Part shown: positions 24,829-32,000 of the stretch, in pieces
Position numbering within the stretch: the first letter of the stretch is position 1
Layout: each line of letters starts with the position of its first letter
Translations under genes and position numbers: made by a program
Notes under the pieces: model-generated
Databases searched by the model: none
The model's input: the letters and a program-made list of their open reading frames with translations, nothing else
What the model was told of the DNA's origin: nothing
Assembly (NCBI RefSeq): GCF_018882085.1
Contig: NZ_JACVPB010000015.1
Span: 6,418 to 38,417, forward strand
Source of the DNA: Polynucleobacter sp. AP-Reno-20A-A9
GTDB taxonomy: Bacteria; Pseudomonadota; Gammaproteobacteria; Burkholderiales; Burkholderiaceae
DNA length: 32,000 bases
Direction of reading: 5' to 3'

Positions 24829-25239
24829 TCACGCTGAATAAGGGTTCTCTCTACCACGGCCATTAAAGATATCGGCATCAGAAATGTCTTTGCACATTTT
24901 CAGAATCGACGTTGACCAGCCTTGACTACGACCTTCCCCTGTCATTACGGCTTCTACAGTAATGCTAAACCAATCTTCAATTAACTGATTTGCCTTATCA
25001 ATTTCTTGTTCAGGCATCGACTGGCGAAGGAAACTTGGAATCTCTTCTGCAAAAGACTCGCCCAATATGACTGCAATGCTAGCCCACTTGTAGGCTTCAA
25101 CTCGACGATTGGGGTAGTCATCCGATCCTATAATCCGTGCCGCTAGAAAGTATTGAAAACTACTATGCCCATATTGGGCAAGACGATGGAATCGCTCCCA
25201 ATCAGGATGGTTTTCATTGAACAATTGATGCTCCAGCAT
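24829..25239 (-). CDS. hypothetical 136-aa protein, possibly one Sel1/TPR-like repeat
   Basis: ...AQYGHSSFQYFLAARIIGSDDYPNRRVEAYKWASIAVILG... loosely resembles a Sel1 repeat. Downstream of, and co-oriented with, the XRE gene. Confidence 0.45.
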   Translation of the reverse strand: MLEHQLFNENHPDWERFHRLAQYGHSSFQYFLAARIIGSDDYPNRRVEAYKWASIAVILGESFAEEIPSFLRQSMPEQEIDKANQLIEDWFSITVEAVMTGEGRSQGWSTSILKMCKDISDADIFNGRGRENPYSA

Positions 25240-25308
25240 GTAAATGCTAACTATTAGTTATAGGTCTGCAGCAGTTTAACTTAAGCCAACACCTGGTTAG
25301 AGTTTGTC

Positions 25309-25593
25309 TTAATTTCCCATTAAATCTTCGGTGGCATCAACCAGCACACCGGGTCTAATTTCAAGGGCTTGGACAAGACGCAAAATTAGCACCAGATTGG
25401 GTAGGTGCTCACCCCTTTCGATCTTTCCCATATGGGAACGCTCAACGGATGCCATAGAGCTCAAGCCCTCTTGAGATATTCCCATCTCAAGTCTTCGTGC
25501 CCTCACAACAGCTCCAAAAGCGATAGCAGGCTTTGGCTCGTAGGATATTGATCCCTTTGGACGGCCAGGACTGATTTTGCGATTCTTTTCCAT
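25309..25593 (-). CDS. XRE-family helix-turn-helix transcriptional regulator
   Basis: FGAVVRARRLEMGISQEGLSSMASVERSHMGKIERGEHLPNLVLILRLVQAL is a classic Cro/C1 HTH. Start taken at ATG 25593; the ORF track uses TTG 25599. Confidence 0.8.
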   Translation of the reverse strand: MEKNRKISPGRPKGSISYEPKPAIAFGAVVRARRLEMGISQEGLSSMASVERSHMGKIERGEHLPNLVLILRLVQALEIRPGVLVDATEDLMGN

Positions 25594-25610
25594 TGACAAA
25601 AGAATCGCAA
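25577..25610. promoter_or_regulatory. perfect 13-bp inverted repeat straddling the XRE start codon (candidate autoregulatory operator)
   Basis: TTGCGATTCTTTT (25577..25589), an 8-nt spacer, then AAAAGAATCGCAA (25598..25610). It is centred on the ATG in the divergent XRE / 184-aa intergenic region. Confidence 0.6.
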
Positions 25611-25677
25611 GGTTGGAGACTAATAACCACGTTAAATTTAACTAGCCATCATTATATGAAAGAGCTACTCATCAACT

Positions 25678-26232
25678 ATGGCAATAGATAAGAGGTTTTT
25701 AGATTTCGAGATTTACTTAAATACTGCAAATACTGCTAGATACAGTCGAAAAATTGCTCGAGAGCTAGAGCGCGTCCGAGAAGAGTTAGAAACACTTCGT
25801 AAAGGTAAAGATCAATCTATCTCTGTATTGGAAGGCAGGTCTGCAACTCATTCCTCCCCCAATACAGAATTAGATTTAAAAACTCGCTTAGAGATTAAGC
25901 ATAGCGTTAAAGAGGAGATGGGGAATTTCGAATTAATCTACCAACGTCGACAAGAGCTAAAAAAACATGAGGTTAAGCTAAGAAACGCTTTTTACGCTGA
26001 TGCTTATAAAGAAGCGACAAAAGAATACAAATCAATTGGTAATGATTGGGAAATCCATAAACTTGCTGAGAAAAAAGCAACGAAGGTTACAGAAGATACT
26101 CAAAGCCTATTTCGTGAAGCACGGTCTAAGCAACTTAATGCCTCTGCTGGTGATCAGATGCTACGTAGTGCTTACGACACAGCGATGTTGAAGTTAGATA
26201 AATTACATAAACCAAAATCTAGCGAAGATTAA
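25678..26232 (+). CDS. hypothetical 184-aa Lys/Glu-rich coiled-coil protein
   Basis: Divergent from the XRE gene. No motif recognised. Confidence 0.5.
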   Translation: MAIDKRFLDFEIYLNTANTARYSRKIARELERVREELETLRKGKDQSISVLEGRSATHSSPNTELDLKTRLEIKHSVKEEMGNFELIYQRRQELKKHEVKLRNAFYADAYKEATKEYKSIGNDWEIHKLAEKKATKVTEDTQSLFREARSKQLNASAGDQMLRSAYDTAMLKLDKLHKPKSSED

Positions 26233-26256
26233 AGATGATAAAGACTGCATAGTTAA

Positions 26257-26397
26257 ATGCTACACATAATTTTTTTAACAGCCGTACTAGGAATTATTGG
26301 CTTATTAATGTATTTTTTATCTGCTGGTATGTTGTTAGGCTTTATTAGATTCTTTGAATTTTGTAAAAAATATCAAATCACAGCCGCTGTTTTTTAA
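26257..26397 (+). CDS. hypothetical 46-aa hydrophobic peptide (not in the ORF track)
   Basis: My translation is MLHIIFLTAVLGIIGLLMYFLSAGMLLGFIRFFEFCKKYQITAAVF. One or two TM spans and no clear RBS. Confidence 0.25.
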   Translation: MLHIIFLTAVLGIIGLLMYFLSAGMLLGFIRFFEFCKKYQITAAVF

Positions 26398-26546
26398 AAG
26401 CATATTCATCAGTTATTGAGTAATTGATAGTCACCCATCTAGATCTGATAAAAAATCTTTCCTAATACCAGCTATATTGACCTGTCCTGGGATTTTCAGA
26501 CCAAAAGCTTTTAGAGATAATGACTCCTTCAACCTAAGGAGCAGGT

Positions 26547-26810
26547 ATGAAGAGAGCACGGTTTTCAGACGAACAGATTGTTCGGATATTGCAAGAGGCA
26601 GATCGTAGTCCGATTGCAGAAGTTGCTAAGCGCCACGGGGTCAGCGAACCCTCGATTTACAGCTGGCGTAAGAAGTTTGGCGATCTAGGTACGGATGATG
26701 TCAAACGCTTAAAGCAACTCGAGCAAGAGAACGGCCGTCTAAAGAAGATCTTGGCAGAGCGCGATCTCGAGATTGAAGTGATGAAGGAGATTGCCGTAAA
26801 AAAGTGGTGA
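26547..26810 (+). CDS. IS3-family transposase OrfA (HTH)
   Basis: MKRARFSDEQIVRILQEAD...SIYSWRKKFG...leucine-zipper-like LKQLEQENGRLKKILAERDLEIEVMK. GGAG RBS. Confidence 0.9.
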   Translation: MKRARFSDEQIVRILQEADRSPIAEVAKRHGVSEPSIYSWRKKFGDLGTDDVKRLKQLEQENGRLKKILAERDLEIEVMKEIAVKKW

Positions 26811-27658
26811 GCGTGCAAGATCGATTGGAGCAGGCCCGCTATGCAGTTGGGCGGGGCATCTCCCAAAGACGTGCTTGTACGCTGCTAAGTGTTGCTAGAT
26901 CTGGCTTAGATTACCAGTGCAAGATGGCTGTTAAAGATCAGCCTATCGTGGCTGCCATGCGCCAGTATTCCGAGCAATATCCTCGCTATGGTGCCAGACG
27001 GATTCGGATCTTTTTAAGGCGGGATGGTCTTGTTCTGGGTCGCGATCGGACGGCGCGCATCTGGGCTGGAGCTGGCCTACAGGTGCCCGCTAAAAGGACA
27101 CGCAAGCGTTACCGTAGTCAAAATCGACAACCGCATGTAGCAACTGGGCCCAATGAGGTTTGGGCTTACGACTTTGTCTTTGATGCTTGTGCCAACGGGC
27201 AAAAGCTCAAGTGCTTAACCCTGATAGACGAGTTCACCAAAGAGAGTCTGCGCATTGATGTGGCTGGCTCAATTAAAGGCAAACGAGTAGTACAGGTTTT
27301 AGAAGAAGTGATTGCGCAGCGTGGTTGCCCCAAGGTTCTTCGCAGTGACAACGGTCCAGAGTTTGTGAGTACCATCTTATTGGAATGGGCGGTAGAGCGA
27401 GGTTTGCACAACTTACATATCGAGCCAGGTAAACCTTGGCAAAATGGCACTAATGAGAGCTTTAATGGTAAGTTTAGAGACGAGTGCTTAGCCATGAACT
27501 GGTTTCATAGTAGAGTGCATGCCAAGGTAATTATTGAGCAATGGCGTAGGCACTACAATTTAATCAGGCCACACTCAAGTTTGGATTATCAAACCCCAAC
27601 AGAGTTTGTCGCTGGATGGCAAAAGGAATTAATAACGGGAGCCAGAGTTTCTAGATGA
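26804..27658 (+). CDS. IS3-family transposase OrfB (DDE integrase core), expressed as OrfAB by -1 frameshift
   Basis: The -1 frame relative to orfA begins at the slippery heptamer. Motifs are ...WAYDFVF..., ...LRSDNGPEF... and ...ESFNGKFRDE..., the DD(35)E context of the IS3 family. Confidence 0.9.
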   Translation: MVSVQDRLEQARYAVGRGISQRRACTLLSVARSGLDYQCKMAVKDQPIVAAMRQYSEQYPRYGARRIRIFLRRDGLVLGRDRTARIWAGAGLQVPAKRTRKRYRSQNRQPHVATGPNEVWAYDFVFDACANGQKLKCLTLIDEFTKESLRIDVAGSIKGKRVVQVLEEVIAQRGCPKVLRSDNGPEFVSTILLEWAVERGLHNLHIEPGKPWQNGTNESFNGKFRDECLAMNWFHSRVHAKVIIEQWRRHYNLIRPHSSLDYQTPTEFVAGWQKELITGARVSR

Positions 27659-27832
27659 AATTGGTCCGATAAAACCAGACAGGTCACTTTTATGGCTTAG
27701 CTGGGTTAAGCGACATTAATCTCGGATCTCCCCATCAAGAAGCACCCCTCAAAAGGACAAATCAATATGGCATCCATGTGTCAGTCGATGTCGTTTAAAA
27801 CGGCAGAACCTATAAGCCCCTAAAATCAGCCA

Positions 27833-28399
27833 ATGAAATGGTTTTTAACGCTTGCCTTAGCCTTCTTTCTCTCCCCGAGCTTTGCTCAAGATAATGCCGA
27901 TCCTTTTGATGTGCAGGTGAACGTGAGTCGTGTCGATGGTCAATTTCATGTTCAAGCAAGTTACTCTGTACCAATGAATATCTGTAGTGCCTATACATTC
28001 ATAACTGACTATGAGGGCTCTAAAAATATCCCAGGAATAGTTGAAGCAAAGATTATTTCAAGGTTAGGCAATAAAGTACGCGTGTACAGAGTAGTTGAAG
28101 AGCAAATTCTCTTTTTTTCTATTGAGATGAAATCGACAGTGGAATATACGGAGCTCCCAAATAAATCTCTAACTTTTGAGCAAATCAGTGGCGATACTAG
28201 ATCTTACAAAGGTACTTGGAAGCTATTAGAGGAAAAAGATAAAACAGTTTTTAAGTATGACTCTCAAATCGAGCCAAACTCATTTATTCCTTTAGCCATC
28301 GTTGAATATTTTATAAAAAACAGTATGCGAGGACGATTTGAATCGATGGCACAAAGAGCCAGTCAATATAAGCCTATTGAAGCTGTGGCCTGCAAATAG
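27833..28399 (+). CDS. secreted SRPBCC (START/polyketide-cyclase-like) family protein
   Basis: Signal peptide MKWFLTLALAFFLSPSFA/QD. The body, with ...YKGTWKLLEEKDKTVFKYDSQIEP...FIKNSMRGRFESMAQRA, fits the SRPBCC fold pattern. Confidence 0.6.
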   Translation: MKWFLTLALAFFLSPSFAQDNADPFDVQVNVSRVDGQFHVQASYSVPMNICSAYTFITDYEGSKNIPGIVEAKIISRLGNKVRVYRVVEEQILFFSIEMKSTVEYTELPNKSLTFEQISGDTRSYKGTWKLLEEKDKTVFKYDSQIEPNSFIPLAIVEYFIKNSMRGRFESMAQRASQYKPIEAVACK

Positions 28400-28476
28400 C
28401 AATTGCCTTTCTGGGTGCACTATCGTAACCAGCGTGGCCAACTAAAGCTTTAGTCTTGGCGCGGGTTTATGTCCCA

Positions 28477-28540
28477 GGCCCTTGTTCGATTCCGCCCCGG
28501 GCAACCAAGAGACACCAAAACTACCTCCGGGTAGTTTTTC
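28477..28540 (+). repeat. tRNA-3'-end-like repeat plus terminator hairpin, copy A
   Basis: GGCCCTTGTTCGATTCCGCCCCGGGCAACCAAGAGACACCAAAACTACC-tccg-GGTAGTTTTTC. It has a T-loop-like TTCGATT and ends in ACCA. The hairpin is at 28517..28538. Confidence 0.6.
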
Positions 28541-28929
28541 TTTACCATCAATAGCCTCTTATGGATTAGTGGGGGCCTGTTTGGGTTTTAGGGTTCGGCG
28601 CTATAGGGTAGCCAATACTATTTAACGAGGGGAGGAAAAAGGGCTGTGCGGATGCTGCGACTCCTCTCTGAGGCACTAAGAATCGCAATATCCCACTTGT
28701 TGGGCTATTTTTTAAAACATGGCAGGTTTAAAGGCCATTTGTCTCAGATATACCCATCTATAAATGTCCTTTCAAAGGGCTAATTAAATAGACATCGCTG
28801 TGTCAGTCGTCGGTCCATTTAAGCGACGCTCAGCTAGGGTAATTGCTAAGAGCAAGCATAAGTTACGCTTGGTTATTGCCATTAAAGTGAAGAGTGATTT
28901 GTAGTTTATAAAAATAAATTGGAGACAAA

Positions 28930-29886
28930 ATGAGGCTAATCCAGATTCTAGTTGCGGCATTGCTCGCTATCAACTTTTCAAATGTAATGGCAGAAAAAAA
29001 TAACTCTAGTAGCGTACAAAGCGCTGAACACTGGATTCAAAACGGAGATATCAAGATATATGTTTGGGAAAAGTTTGCTGGTAGTCCGAAAAATAAACCG
29101 GTGATTGTTTTGGCTCACGGCTCTGCTACAGCCGGCAAGGAATCCTTTGATTTGCGAGTTCCAAGTAAGCCAGACATTAGCCTAATGGATGTGTTGGCCA
29201 AACAAGGCTTCGATGTATTTGCTTTAGACATTAGAGGCTTTGGAAGATCTACCCATCCAGAGCAACATTTCACTACAGAGGACGCCGCCAGCGATCTAAA
29301 CGCAACCGTTGATTTTGTAATCAAATCCAGAAATGTTCCTAAGGTAGGCTTATTGGGCTGGTCATATGGGACTCAGTATGGCGGTTTATTTGTAATGGCG
29401 CATCCAGAAAAGGTGGATCGTTATGTTTCTTACGCGCAGATGGGTATCGATAGTATCGATATTGGCAAGCGCAGAGCCAATCTAAAAACATATCAAGATA
29501 AGGTTTACATTCAAATTCCTGAGGCAGGATGGCACGGCAGGTTCTACTCACTTACGCCTAAAGAAGACAACTTCCCAGAGGTTGTAGATGCCTACGCCAA
29601 GAGTGCCGCGGCGATTGAAGTAAATACTGCAACTAGCCCTCAACTCGATTTAGTTACTAAATTGCCAATGCTCAATCCAACTCAAATCACTGTGCCTACC
29701 ATGATTATTCATGGCCAATACGACGATGTGGCTGATACCAAGCAATTAATGCCCTTCTTTGAGCAATTGCCTAACGCCAATAAGCGATATGTAGTTGTTC
29801 CTAATGCTGGGCATATGATGATGTATCAAAAGGGGTATAGCATATTCCAGCAAGCAGTCTCTGATTATTTCAAGGAACATTTCTAG
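28930..29886 (+). CDS. secreted alpha/beta hydrolase
   Basis: GGAG RBS. Signal peptide MRLIQILVAALLAINFSNVMA. HGS oxyanion region, GWSYG nucleophile elbow, and a C-terminal GHMMM His region. Confidence 0.8.
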   Translation: MRLIQILVAALLAINFSNVMAEKNNSSSVQSAEHWIQNGDIKIYVWEKFAGSPKNKPVIVLAHGSATAGKESFDLRVPSKPDISLMDVLAKQGFDVFALDIRGFGRSTHPEQHFTTEDAASDLNATVDFVIKSRNVPKVGLLGWSYGTQYGGLFVMAHPEKVDRYVSYAQMGIDSIDIGKRRANLKTYQDKVYIQIPEAGWHGRFYSLTPKEDNFPEVVDAYAKSAAAIEVNTATSPQLDLVTKLPMLNPTQITVPTMIIHGQYDDVADTKQLMPFFEQLPNANKRYVVVPNAGHMMMYQKGYSIFQQAVSDYFKEHF

Positions 29887-29974
29887 GATTTAATATCCGC
29901 AACCTTGGTAAATCCTATCCTAGACCAATAAAAGTCTATGAAGTATTAACAAATAAAAAAATGGGAGATATGTG

Positions 29975-31027
29975 ATGTTATTTAGAATCATTGCTTTAAT
30001 TGGGTTAACTTGCTCTATTGCCTTTGCGCACGCAGAAATTATTAAGGTCGATGACTATATCGAGGGTGCTGACCCAGGTGTAAAACTATTCGTTAGGAAT
30101 AAGTTTGCTGAGCCCAAGATCAAGGCAACTAATAACAACGTAGTACTTTTCATTCATGGTGCTACTTTTCCATCAACCCCCGATTTTGATTTGCAATTCC
30201 AGGATTATTCGTGGGCCGATTGGATGGTAAAGCATGGCTATATTGTTTATATGTTTGATAAGCGCAACTATGGATTCTCTAGCAGAGAAAAGGCTATGGA
30301 TGAGCCTGCTGGTAATAATCGTCCAGTGACTCGGTCGTATCTCGCAATTAGGGACATCAATTCGGTTGTAGATTTCATTCGCAAAAAAGAGGGCGTCGAA
30401 AAGATTGATTTAATTGGATGGTCTTGGGGGGCAACAACTGCCGGTTTCTATACATCATTAGATAGTGAGAAGGTGAATAAATTAGTACTTTATGCACCGG
30501 CGTACGCATATCAAAACCATACCAATCTTGGCGCAGGAAGTGGATTGCAAAATAAACGTAAGCCAGATGAGTTCAACTACGCTTTGGGGGCCTATCGTTT
30601 TGGTTCTAAGGCGGCAAACGATTCTAGATGGGATGGCGAGATACCGCTTGAGGATAAAAATAGCATTCGAGATCCTGCTGTTCGTGATGCCTTTGCAATT
30701 GAAGCTCTTAAAACAGACCCAACTAGCGAAAGTAGGAATCCGCCAAGCTTAAGGGCTCCTAATGGCGTTCTTGAGGATAGTTTTATGCAGGCCACCGGCA
30801 GACCAATTTGGAATGCTTCCTCAATCTATGTACCAACATTAGTGATTGCTGGCGAATTTGATACGTGGTCATTTCCTCAAGATCGTGCGATGGTGATGCG
30901 TGACTTAACAAATGCGCCTTATAAAAAGAGTGTGCAAATTAAGAATTCAAGTCACTTTATGCTCTTCGAAAAAACTCGTTTTGAGTTCTTTAATGAGATA
31001 AATGATTTCTTAAAATCAAAAAACTAA
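29975..31027 (+). CDS. secreted alpha/beta hydrolase (paralogue-like of the preceding gene)
   Basis: ATG 29975 lies 6 nt after GGGAGA. Signal peptide MLFRIIALIGLTCSIAFA. HGAT, GWSWGA nucleophile elbow, and a C-terminal SSHFM His region. Confidence 0.8.
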   Translation: MLFRIIALIGLTCSIAFAHAEIIKVDDYIEGADPGVKLFVRNKFAEPKIKATNNNVVLFIHGATFPSTPDFDLQFQDYSWADWMVKHGYIVYMFDKRNYGFSSREKAMDEPAGNNRPVTRSYLAIRDINSVVDFIRKKEGVEKIDLIGWSWGATTAGFYTSLDSEKVNKLVLYAPAYAYQNHTNLGAGSGLQNKRKPDEFNYALGAYRFGSKAANDSRWDGEIPLEDKNSIRDPAVRDAFAIEALKTDPTSESRNPPSLRAPNGVLEDSFMQATGRPIWNASSIYVPTLVIAGEFDTWSFPQDRAMVMRDLTNAPYKKSVQIKNSSHFMLFEKTRFEFFNEINDFLKSKN

Positions 31028-31049
31028 TTCAATTTAGGGCCTACATCGT

Positions 31050-31114
31050 GGGCTTTGGTCTTGTTCCGCCCCGGGCCACTAAGAAACACCAAAACCACCC
31101 TCGGGTGGTTTTTC
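31050..31114 (+). repeat. tRNA-3'-end-like repeat plus terminator hairpin, copy B
   Basis: GGGCTTTGGTCTTGTTCCGCCCCGGGCCACTAAGAAACACCAAAACCACC-ctcg-GGTGGTTTTTCG. It aligns with copy A with a 4-nt gap in the T-loop-like part. Confidence 0.55.
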
Positions 31115-31207
31115 GTTTGGACTGACAAATGAGATTCCGTTGTAGTGAGGTCAAAAAATGCCCGTATAAAACTGCGGGCATAGATGCTTAATGCGAGAAA
31201 GCTGTTC

Positions 31208-31348
31208 TTAATTCGAGCAGGCTTGATTTAGATAAGCAATCATCCCATCTTTAGTAAAGCCAATTTTTCCTACATCTAATGTTGATGCGCTAACGACACC
31301 CACAAACAATCCAATAACAAACCCGACAACTAAATGTTTTATCCCCAT
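31208..31348 (-). CDS. hypothetical 46-aa small membrane protein (not in the ORF track)
   Basis: My translation is MGIKHLVVGFVIGLFVGVVSASTLDVGKIGFTKDGMIAYLNQACSN. A GGGAGAAG RBS lies just upstream of the ATG. Confidence 0.35.
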   Translation of the reverse strand: MGIKHLVVGFVIGLFVGVVSASTLDVGKIGFTKDGMIAYLNQACSN

Positions 31349-31555
31349 TTTCTTCTCCCACAATTATGTTTTCACCCGTAAACCAATACTCTGCTGGTAC
31401 GTTTTAAAAAAACTTGTCCTAAGTCAATTTTCTAGGTGAGAGTGGGTAATACTTTAGTTCTAGTTATGATTTTTAGTGCTAAAAAACGCTATGAGGATCT
31501 CTATCATTGCGGTGTATTTAAGAATTTTTATATCAACTAAGAATTGGAAATCTTT

Positions 31556-31620
31556 GGGCCCTAGTCGATTTCACCCCGTTTACCAAGAAACATCAAAACC
31601 ATCTTCTGTCATTTTTTTTA
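31556..31620 (+). repeat. tRNA-3'-end-like repeat, degenerate copy C
   Basis: GGGCCCTAGTCGATTTCACCCCGTTTACCAAGAAACATCAAAACCATC...TTTTTTTT aligns with copies A and B, but the hairpin has decayed. Confidence 0.4.
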
Positions 31621-31938
31621 CCGCCATTGGTCTCTCATGGGTCGACAGCTGCCATACAGTCTTTAATTTATGTGTTATCTATTAATCAACGCAGCAAAAC
31701 GTAATTCCTGCGGAAAAATGAAAAGATACTTTTCTCTGCAAGGGTGCCTTTCCTTTCATTATTGTATGTATCAGGATTATTTGACGTAATAAAGACCTAA
31801 AAGATTGGGTCAGCTGGGTATTTCAGCGATCGTGACCGCCTGTTTCAGATTCAGCGTGACCGGCAAGGCTCTAGGGTAATCCCCCCACAGGTTAACTGAT
31901 CTCAGAGGTAGAATTTTCTCAATAAGAGGAGTTCTACA

Positions 31939-32000
31939 TGAAGCGTTCTAAATTTACCGACAGCCAGATCATGGATGCCCTAAAGCGGGTTGATGCTGGC
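31939..32000 (+). CDS. IS3-family transposase OrfA, 5' end (runs off the window)
   Basis: AAGAGGAG RBS, then MKRSKFTDSQIMDALKRVDAG, the characteristic IS3-family OrfA N-terminus. A TGACC-type left end may lie at 31833 or 31857, but I cannot fix it. Confidence 0.7.

Larger units (their letters stand above)
20602..26477 (+). mobile_element. integrase-led accessory segment B (right boundary undefined; may extend beyond the IS)
   Basis: A P4-type integrase is followed by an excisionase-like HTH, a winged-helix protein, phage-like small ORFs and an XRE regulator. It ends at an IS that has no target duplication. Confidence 0.45.
26478..27686 (+). mobile_element. IS3-family insertion sequence (IS407-like), complete, 1209 bp
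   Basis: Terminal inverted repeats are TGACCTGTCCTGGGATTTTCAGACCAA (left) and, as reverse complement, TGACCTGTCTGGTTTTATCGGACCAA (right). It has the orfA/orfB layout with an A-AAA-AAG slippery site at 26798..26804. Confidence 0.9.

Noticed and set aside
28432-28507. Possible functional tRNA ending at ...GGGCAACCA (copy A of the repeat)
   Set aside because: The 5 nt before TTCGATT (CCTTG) cannot pair with the CCGCC after it. No TGCCCGG acceptor 5' strand or D-arm lies in the 80 nt upstream.
27777-28809. Shared 11-mer TGTGTCAGTCG upstream of two secreted-protein genes (27777..27787 and 28799..28809)
   Set aside because: With about 5e8 position pairs in 32 kb and 4^11 possible 11-mers, on the order of a hundred chance 11-mer matches are expected. 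The flanking similarity is patchy.
26478-32000. Composite transposon formed by the two IS3-family elements
   Set aside because: The two OrfA N-termini differ (MKRARFSDEQIVRIL versus MKRSKFTDSQIMDAL), so they are different IS elements. The second IS is cut by the window edge, and no matching outer ends or duplications are visible.
1-32000. CRISPR arrays, rRNA genes, retron/reverse transcriptase, restriction-modification or other named defence genes
   Set aside because: I saw no regularly spaced direct repeats, no rRNA-like sequence, and no translations with RT, methyltransferase, helicase/nuclease or NTPase motifs apart from the ABC transporter ATPases.

Overview
No taxon can be assigned from the sequence alone. 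The window reads as a moderately AT-rich proteobacterial chromosome segment that changes character about half-way.

- **1-3.8 kb:** orphan secreted and coiled-coil ORFs, an apparently intact GGDEF/HD-GYP c-di-GMP enzyme, and a decayed LivF-like ABC ATPase remnant.
- **3.8-13.9 kb:** ordinary metabolic DNA. Two mirror-arranged modules each carry a NitT/TauT-type ABC importer and an amidase-signature enzyme. They flank an alpha/beta hydrolase and end with a TauE/SafE permease.
- **13,992-20,601:** a 6.5-kb island bounded by perfect 45-bp direct repeats that equal the 3' part of tRNA-Lys(UUU). Its oligonucleotide usage is visibly foreign. It carries a 422-aa tyrosine integrase, a G13 homopolymer, an AT-rich mini Wzz-like gene, a truncated H-NS-like ORF, several orphans, a second FimB/FimE-sized tyrosine recombinase, and an 860-bp ORF-poor, hairpin-dense region. 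This recombinase-plus-structured-region part is my best candidate for something undescribed.
- **20.6 to about 26.5 kb:** a second integrase-led accessory segment. It has a P4/DUF4102-type integrase, an excisionase-like HTH, a winged-helix protein, an ATGA-coupled small-ORF operon ending in a membrane-anchored ClpP-fold serine peptidase, and an XRE regulator with a perfect palindromic operator plus an orphan partner.
- **26,478-27,686:** a complete IS3-family (IS407-like) element with no visible target duplication.
- **27.8-31.0 kb:** three secreted proteins (SRPBCC and two alpha/beta hydrolases), interspersed with three copies of a tRNA-3'-end-like repeat that carries terminator hairpins.
- **31.9 kb to the edge:** a second IS3-family orfA begins.

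I found no rRNA, no CRISPR array and no intact tRNA. All functional calls rest on motifs I can read in the translations; none has been checked against a database.
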